Shown one piece after another: positions 58,126-64,000 of a DNA stretch of 64,000 nucleotides. Each line of letters opens with the position of its first letter. The stretch's first letter is position 1. Both the position numbers and the translations under genes were made by a program. The stretch is from contig CAXXHG010000043.1 of the NCBI GenBank assembly GCA_963666315.2, forward strand, positions 416,001 through 480,000, given 5' to 3'. Below the pieces are notes generated by a model, which had not been told where the DNA came from, made no database searches, and worked only from the letters and a program-made list of their open reading frames with translations. Source of the stretch: Candidatus Binatia bacterium. GTDB lineage: Bacteria > Desulfobacterota > Binatia > Bin18.

Positions 58126-59445
58126 ATGACAATACAGCGGAAAAGGCGCCGGGCGCTGGAAGGCGTGCGCATTCTCGACTTTACCTGGGTCGTAGCGGGT
58201 CCGGTCGCGACACGCATCCTGGCCGACCAAGGCGCGGAGGTCATTAAGGTCGAGCGGCGCGATACGCTCGATCTTGGGACGCGTCGGGGTGGTTTCAGCG
58301 GCAATTTGCATCGCGGTAAAGAGAGCATGGTCGTCAATATGGCCGATCCACGTGGCATCGAGATCGCCCAGCAACTCGCCGCAGTGTCGGACGTGGTGAT
58401 AGACAACTTCAGCGCCCGCGTCATGCGCAACTGGGGCCTTGATTATGAGAGCCTCAAAAAGATTAAGCCGAATATTATTGCCGTTTCTATGTCGGGCTTT
58501 GGACACACCGGGCCGCAAAAGGATTATGTCAGCTATGGTCCGACGCTGCAGGCATTGTCCGGCTATACGCTCCAGATGCGTCATCCGGGTGGAGAGCCTG
58601 CTGGCTGGGGCTATTCGTATGCAGACATGACCGGCGGCTATAGCGGCGCGCTGGCCGTGCTCATGGCCCTGTGGCATCGCAAGCGTACCGGCCAGGGACA
58701 GTTTGTCGACCTGTCGCAGTTTGAAGCCATCTCCAGTTTGATTGGTCCGGGCATGCTGGACATTTTACATAACGACACGCCAAGTGAACCTATCGGCAAC
58801 CGTTCGCAAGAAGCCCCGGCTGCCCCGCATGGGGTATACCGATGTGCGGGGGAAGACCGCTGGTGTGCGATTGCCGTGTTTACCGAAGAGGAGTGGCAGA
58901 ATCTGTGTCGCGTCATGGAGCAGCCTGCTTGGACCCAGGAGACACACTTCGCCACCCTAGCCGGTCGCCTGGAGCATAACGACGTACTCGACCGTCATCT
59001 TGAAGGCTGGACCCGGCAGCAGACTGCTAAAGATGTGATGTCGCGTTTGCAACAGGCTGGAATTGCGGCCGGGGTGGTGGCAAACGGAGAAGATCTGGAC
59101 CAAGATCCACAACTCCAAGCTCGTGGCTACTGGGCGCGCATGCAGGCATCCGAGGGACAAGATCGGATGGGTGTGATGGCTGGGATGGATATGATGGCTG
59201 GGATGGATATGATGGCTGGGATGGATATGATGGCTGGGATGGACGTTGTCCTTGACGGCCCACCCCTCAAACTCTCACAAACGCCAGGCTATGTCGCAGC
59301 ACCAGGACCGTTGCTGGGTGAGCACACCGACAGTGTCCTCAGCCGACTGCTCGGCTATTCTTCGGAACAGCTTGCCCAACTCAAGGAAGATCGCGTGATC
59401 GCGTCACATGCAGAGATTCACGCCGAGCGGGCGGAGCGGGAGTAA
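58126..59445 (+). CDS. Family III CoA-transferase, BbsF-like subunit with Met-rich insert
   Basis: LEGVRILDFTWVVAGP, DNFS, GFGHTGP, YADMTGG, GNRS..APHGVYRC. Confidence 0.92.
   Translation: MTIQRKRRRALEGVRILDFTWVVAGPVATRILADQGAEVIKVERRDTLDLGTRRGGFSGNLHRGKESMVVNMADPRGIEIAQQLAAVSDVVIDNFSARVMRNWGLDYESLKKIKPNIIAVSMSGFGHTGPQKDYVSYGPTLQALSGYTLQMRHPGGEPAGWGYSYADMTGGYSGALAVLMALWHRKRTGQGQFVDLSQFEAISSLIGPGMLDILHNDTPSEPIGNRSQEAPAAPHGVYRCAGEDRWCAIAVFTEEEWQNLCRVMEQPAWTQETHFATLAGRLEHNDVLDRHLEGWTRQQTAKDVMSRLQQAGIAAGVVANGEDLDQDPQLQARGYWARMQASEGQDRMGVMAGMDMMAGMDMMAGMDMMAGMDVVLDGPPLKLSQTPGYVAAPGPLLGEHTDSVLSRLLGYSSEQLAQLKEDRVIASHAEIHAERAERE
59173..59244 (+). repeat. 18-bp tandem repeat x4 encoding (M/V)MAGMD
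   Basis: ATGATGGCTGGGATGGAT units, first starting GTG, last ending GAC. Confidence 0.95.
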
Positions 59446-59454
59446 GGAGAAAAT

Positions 59455-60255
59455 ATGCCGTTTGCAAACGTCAATGGAATCGAGCTGTACTACGAAACGC
59501 ATGGCGAAGGCCCAGCGCTTGTTTTGGCCCATGGCGGCGGAGGCAGTCACCTGAGTTGGTGGCAACAAGTCCCTGTGCTCTCACAAACCTATCAAGTCAT
59601 TACCTTTGACCACCGGAGCTTCGGGTTGTCACGCGACCTGCCCGACGGGCCAGGACCGACTGCCTTTGTCGAAGACCTGACCGGATTGCTGGACCATCTG
59701 GGCGTTCACCAGGCTGCAGTCGCCGGACAATCGATGGGCGGGTGGACCGTATGCGGCTTTGCTGCCGCGCACCCGGAACGGACCAGCGCGCTCATTCTGT
59801 GTGATACAACGGCGGCCGTGGAAACCCCGGAAATCGACCGGACGCGTGCCCGCTTGCGCGAACGGTCCGAGGGGAATTTGGCTCAGATTCTCACCAGCGC
59901 ATATGCCTTGTCGTTTCCCGAGCGGCAGCCGGCCTTGTGTTTTCTGTACCAGCAAATCTCGGCACTCAACCACCAGGTGTCACCTCAGCTGATCCCTATT
60001 CTTATGGAGATGCAAAACAATACTGGACCGATTGTGGCATATGCAATCCCAACGTTGCTCCTGGTTGGGGAAGAGGATGTCTTAACCCCGCCCCCGGCGA
60101 TGCAAAGCATCACAACCAAAATTCCGCACGCTCGTTTTGTGACCGTAGCGCAGGCGGGGCATTCAGTGTATTTCGAACAGCCCGAAGATTTTAATCGTAT
60201 TGTGGCTGAATTTTTACGGGAGAACGGGCCATCTCGACCCCTAGGGGCGACGTAA
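59455..60255 (+). CDS. Alpha/beta hydrolase
   Basis: HGGGG, DHRSFG, GQSMGG nucleophile elbow, GEED, AGH. Confidence 0.92.
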   Translation: MPFANVNGIELYYETHGEGPALVLAHGGGGSHLSWWQQVPVLSQTYQVITFDHRSFGLSRDLPDGPGPTAFVEDLTGLLDHLGVHQAAVAGQSMGGWTVCGFAAAHPERTSALILCDTTAAVETPEIDRTRARLRERSEGNLAQILTSAYALSFPERQPALCFLYQQISALNHQVSPQLIPILMEMQNNTGPIVAYAIPTLLLVGEEDVLTPPPAMQSITTKIPHARFVTVAQAGHSVYFEQPEDFNRIVAEFLRENGPSRPLGAT

Positions 60256-60401
60256 CCTCGCCTACCTTACCCTACGATATTTTGCCACACAGACAGTGAC
60301 AATGGACCCAGTCGCATTGAGTCGGCAGCCTACATCCAACCGCGTACAATAACACAGGGTGGGAAGCGTCATGTGAGGGCGCGGTATGTGGTGTGTTGTG
60401 T

Positions 60402-62310
60402 ATGGCGAGTCGAAGTCATTATTCTGTCACCTCTCAAGACCGGCAGAGTGGTGGACATCCGGTCCGCTTGTTTGTGATCAATCTGGGCTGTCTGGTGCTG
60501 CTCGCCAGCTTCGGGTTTGCATGGATCTTTTATCACGACCTGACGCGGGCGCTTCCTGAGGTTGGGCATCTTGCCGCGATATGGCGGCAAGATGCCGCGC
60601 GTTACTTGCGAATTGGCGTGCTGGCCGGACGGTCCAAGGCGGCAGCACGATTACCCAACAGGTTGTGAAATCTTTCCTGCTCAGCTCGGAGCGGAGTTAC
60701 CGGCGCAAGATTCAAGAAATTATTTTGGCAATCCGACTCGAACGCCATGCGAGCAAGGCCGAAATTCTGGCCCTATATCTGAACCAGATTTATCTGGGCG
60801 GTGGCGCGTACGGAGTGGAGACTGCCGCGCGGGAATATTTTGGAAAATCAGTCACGGATCCTTCCTTGGCCGAGGCTACGCTCCTCGCTGGGCGTCCGCC
60901 CGCACCGAGTCGGTACTCGCCCCGGCGGCACCTTGAACGGGCCAAATTCCGTCAACGCTACGTGCTGGAACGCATGCTTGATGAGCATGTCGTATCCTAT
61001 ACCCAAGCCATGGCTGCCTGGAAGGAGAGTTTCTCTTTCCGCAATCCTCGCCCCGCCGTGTCCTTTGCCCGGGCGCCACACTTTATGATGCAAGTCCGTC
61101 AGTTTCTCGGCGGCCGGTACGGGCGGGAGGTGAGCCCGCAGCTTGGGCTGAACGTCTATACCACCCTGGACTCAGCGTGGCAGCGTATTGGAGAACGGGC
61201 TATCCGAAATGGTATTCACGCGCTGTGTGAACAGACTGGATGCGGCCAAGGGGATATCCCGTGGCCCTAAGGAGCCCTGATCTCAATTGATCTTACGTCC
61301 GTTCACATCAAGGCCATGGTGGGCAGCTACGACTTCCGCCGCAGCCAGTTTAACCATACCACCCAAGCCAGGCGCCAACCCGGCTCGGCCTTTAAGCCCC
61401 TGGTTTACGCCGCCGCCTTGGATCGGAACTATACGCCAGCAAGTATCATTGTCGACTCTCGGGTCTCCTACAAAGATGGGAGACGGACGTGGACGCCTCA
61501 GAATTACGAACGCCGCTATTTTGGGCCGACTCGACTGCGTAAGGCGCTCACACACTCTCGTAATATGGTAACGGTCAAAATGGCAGCGGCATTAGGGATG
61601 GATTATCTCACTATGTATATCTCTCAACTCGGGATTTAGAGTCCCCTGGCCAGAAATCTTTCGCTTGCCCGCGGGACCTCGGAGGTCACGCTCCTGGAGC
61701 TCGCCCGCGCCTACGGAGTGTTTGCGACCGGGGCTTTCTACTTGAACCGAGTGTAGTTTCTAGGATTACTGATAGTCAGAGAAATTTTTTAGAGGAGCTG
61801 ACCCCGCAGCGTAAGCGGGTCATCTCAGCCGAGATAGCCTATCTGATGACCAGCATGCTGCAGAGTGTTGTTGAGGCTGGGACCGGAGGGCGGGTGCAGT
61901 CGCTGGGCCGGTCGGTGGCCGGGAAAACGGGTACGAGTGACGACTTCCACGATGCGTGGTTTATAGGTTATACGCCTGACATTCTTACCGGAGTCTGGAT
62001 CGGTTTCGACAGACGTCGTTCGCTCGGTGAAAGACAGACCGGGGGGCGTGTGGCCGCCCCCATCTGGCTCGAATTCATGCATGCGGCCACTCAGGATCCG
62101 CCCCTGCGCAATTTTAAGATTCCGGAAGGCATTGCCATCATGCATATTGACCCTAGGACGGGTTTACGTGCCCGCCCTGGCGGGCCATCCCTATTGGAAT
62201 GCTTCCGCCGTCGTACCGAGCCGACTGTCTATGCGAAAGCGCCGGTTTATGCTGATCCGGTACTGTTTCCGGGCCTCCTTGCCGCCCGCTCGTCAGAAGA
62301 CGGATTTTAA
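60402..62310 (+). pseudogene. Class A penicillin-binding protein (PBP1A-like), disrupted
   Basis: QGGSTITQQ, RKIQE, YLNQIYLG, RQPGSAFKP, SRN, GKTGT, DAWFIG; in-frame TAA 61268 and TAG 61637, frameshifts, and transglycosylase motif 1 absent. Confidence 0.85.
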
Positions 62311-62316
62311 TGCTCA

Positions 62317-63351
62317 CTATGGGGTAGGCGGCAGCTCCCAATGACGTTGTTGCACGGCGCGTACATTGGGGAGCAGGCCCTGCCGTTCGTATTCCGGCAG
62401 TGACTGGTCAATGGATTCTCCGCCCATTTCGTCCAACACATGGATGACTGAGGTCTCAAGAGCCTCAAGGTCGTAGCCCCCTTCAAGAATGGCGGCAAAC
62501 CGGCCTTGGGCATGATCGCGGGCCACGCGCAGGAGAATGCGCGCGAGTGCGCTAAATCCCTCCTCGGTGACGGTCAGGCCGCCAAGCGGATCACGTACGT
62601 GGGCATCAAAGCCGGCAGATATCAAGACAAACTCAGGCTCAAACTGGCGGCAAATAGGGTCGAGCACATCTTCAAAAAGTGGCTGCAAGGCGGCATTTCC
62701 CCAGCCGGCAGTAAGAGGTAGATTGACCGTATAACCCTCTCCGCTGCCCTGTCCGGCTTCTTCAGCTGCGCCCGTGCCTGGATAGTATGGGTATTGGTGA
62801 GTCGAGACGTACAGCACGCCGGGATCGTCATAAAAGCTCTGCTGCGTGCCATTCCCATGATGCAGATCCCAGTCCATGATGAGAATGCGGCTCAGGCCAA
62901 ATCGTTCTCTGAGGTATTGGGCCCCAATTGCGATGCTATTGAATAAACAGAAGCCCATCGCCCGGCTGCGCTCGGCATGATGCCCGGGCGGCCGGACCAA
63001 GGCAAAGCCATTATCCACATCACGTTCCATGATAGCGTCCAGAAGGGTCAGCAGTCCTCCGGTTGCTAAGAGTGCGGTCTCATACGATTGGGCGGAAACA
63101 CGGGTATCCGCATCAAAGGCGGCAGACTCTCTTCCGGCAGATGCAGCGACCTGGTTAATCAGGCTGGTATCATGGACCAAGGCGACTTCTTCGTGGGTGG
63201 CCAGGCGTGGCTCAAAGAGTGTGAGTCCGTCGCGTTGATAGGACGTAAAGCGACTCAGCAGGGTGCCGATCCGCTCTGCCCGCTCCGGGTGACCTTGGCC
63301 TGGGTTATGGTGTTGATAGCGTGAGTCCAGCACAGTGCCTGTCCGCAACAT
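62317..63351 (-). CDS. Histone deacetylase family amidohydrolase
   Basis: HPER, RPPGHHA, GFCLFN, DWDLHHGNGTQ, SAGFDAH..DPL, LEGGY. Confidence 0.95.
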   Translation of the reverse strand: MLRTGTVLDSRYQHHNPGQGHPERAERIGTLLSRFTSYQRDGLTLFEPRLATHEEVALVHDTSLINQVAASAGRESAAFDADTRVSAQSYETALLATGGLLTLLDAIMERDVDNGFALVRPPGHHAERSRAMGFCLFNSIAIGAQYLRERFGLSRILIMDWDLHHGNGTQQSFYDDPGVLYVSTHQYPYYPGTGAAEEAGQGSGEGYTVNLPLTAGWGNAALQPLFEDVLDPICRQFEPEFVLISAGFDAHVRDPLGGLTVTEEGFSALARILLRVARDHAQGRFAAILEGGYDLEALETSVIHVLDEMGGESIDQSLPEYERQGLLPNVRAVQQRHWELPPTP

Positions 63352-63454
63352 ATCTCGCTCCTTTTTTCTCCCGTCCCCGAGCCCCTAACCCCTGATCCCT
63401 GTTTGTAACTTGCGTCAGTTTTCCGATTATACTACCGTAACCCAAGAGGCAAAT

Positions 63455-63742
63455 ATGTTTGGAATCGGGATGCCGGAATTGGTTGTGATTATGGTCGTGG
63501 CGTTGATCGTACTTGGCCCAAAACGCTTGCCCGAAGCGGCCAAGGGTTTGGGCAGAGCCCTGAGAGAATTTCGTCATGCGACCAGCAACCTGACCGAAGA
63601 ACTCAATGACGCGCAAATCATGCTTGATGAGGAGACGCGTAAAGCGCAGCGCGCCCTGCACGCGAAGCCGAAGCCGAAGCCAGCCGCCACTTCGGAGACG
63701 GCAGTAAAGAAAAAGAAAGAGGATGCTAGAGGGGACGCCTAG
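63455..63742 (+). CDS. tatB: Twin-arginine translocase TatB (TatA/B family)
   Basis: MFGIGMPEL..LIVLGPKRLPE; directly upstream of tatC. Confidence 0.8.
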   Translation: MFGIGMPELVVIMVVALIVLGPKRLPEAAKGLGRALREFRHATSNLTEELNDAQIMLDEETRKAQRALHAKPKPKPAATSETAVKKKKEDARGDA

Positions 63743-63745
63743 GGC

Positions 63746-64000
63746 ATGGCCCATGACGATCGGTCGATGCCGCTCACGGACCATCTGGATGAGTTGCGGA
63801 CCCGACTCGTTCGGTCCCTGCTGGCGATTTTTCTCGTTTTTCTTCCCGCCTATTTCTTTGCGAGTGTGCTGTTTGATTTCCTGGCTCAGCCGCTGCACCA
63901 GATAACGACCGATCCGCATTCACTGATTGGGACCAGTCCGACTGAGGCGTTTTTTACTAAACTCAAGGTCGCCTTTATTGCAGCCCTCTTTGGGGCCAGC
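63746..64000 (+). CDS. tatC: Twin-arginine translocase TatC, 3' truncated by window edge
   Basis: MPLTDHLDELRTRL..PTEAFFTKLKVA. Confidence 0.93.
   Translation, partial: MAHDDRSMPLTDHLDELRTRLVRSLLAIFLVFLPAYFFASVLFDFLAQPLHQITTDPHSLIGTSPTEAFFTKLKVAFIAALFGAS

Noticed and set aside
59173-59244. CRISPR-like array
   Set aside because: Head-to-tail repeats without spacers, in frame within a CDS, and no cas genes.
59027-59263. Minus-strand ORF with PSQPSY repeats
   Set aside because: Antisense shadow of the 18-bp repeat inside the CoA-transferase.
9608-61639. Stop-codon reassignment (TAG/TAA read as Gln) suggested by in-frame stops in pilT and the PBP gene
   Set aside because: Many intact genes end at TAG/TAA exactly where homologues end (rpoD, ispD, purC), and the PBP gene has other lesions.
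914-63919. Numerous 60-240 aa ORFs overlapping or antisense to assigned genes
   Set aside because: No motifs or RBS; expected shadow ORFs in GC-rich coding DNA.
1-64000. tRNA/rRNA genes
   Set aside because: No cloverleaf with T-loop GTTCRA context or rRNA-like segment was seen in intergenic regions; tRNAscan-SE was not run.

Overview
Chromosomal, mostly housekeeping/metabolic window of a fairly GC-rich Gram-negative bacterium. The gene mix (deltaproteobacterial-type RpoD, CaiB CoA-transferases, APH-like kinases, SCP2, F420-type oxidoreductase, GldA/F/G-like ABC system) suggests a Binatia/Deltaproteobacteria-like lineage; this is inference. About 55 CDS were recognised: argA-like, rpoD, anmK, ispD, pilT/pilU, ileS-lspA, rmlBAC, treT, purC, tatB-tatC, a RavA/ViaA-like pair, an ECF sigma/anti-sigma module and two ExbB/ExbD pairs. 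No rRNA, tRNA, CRISPR or transposase was seen. Essential genes (rpoD, ileS, lspA) carry homopolymer frameshifts and the rpoD 5' region is duplicated, so the assembly is probably error-prone and pseudogene calls need caution. Best candidate for an undescribed system: a PadR-headed operon encoding ExbB/TolQ, ExbD/TolR, a protein with a TonB/TolA-type SxxxH membrane anchor ending in a VWA domain instead of TonB_C, and an 800-aa exported TPR protein (12040-17558). Other notable items: an apparently natural circularly permuted SCP2 domain, a signal-peptide-bearing deazaflavin-type oxidoreductase, a UGPase-like DUF4301 upstream of treT, a BbsE/BbsF-like CoA-transferase pair split by purC-terC, and a Met-rich (MAGMDM)4 insert.
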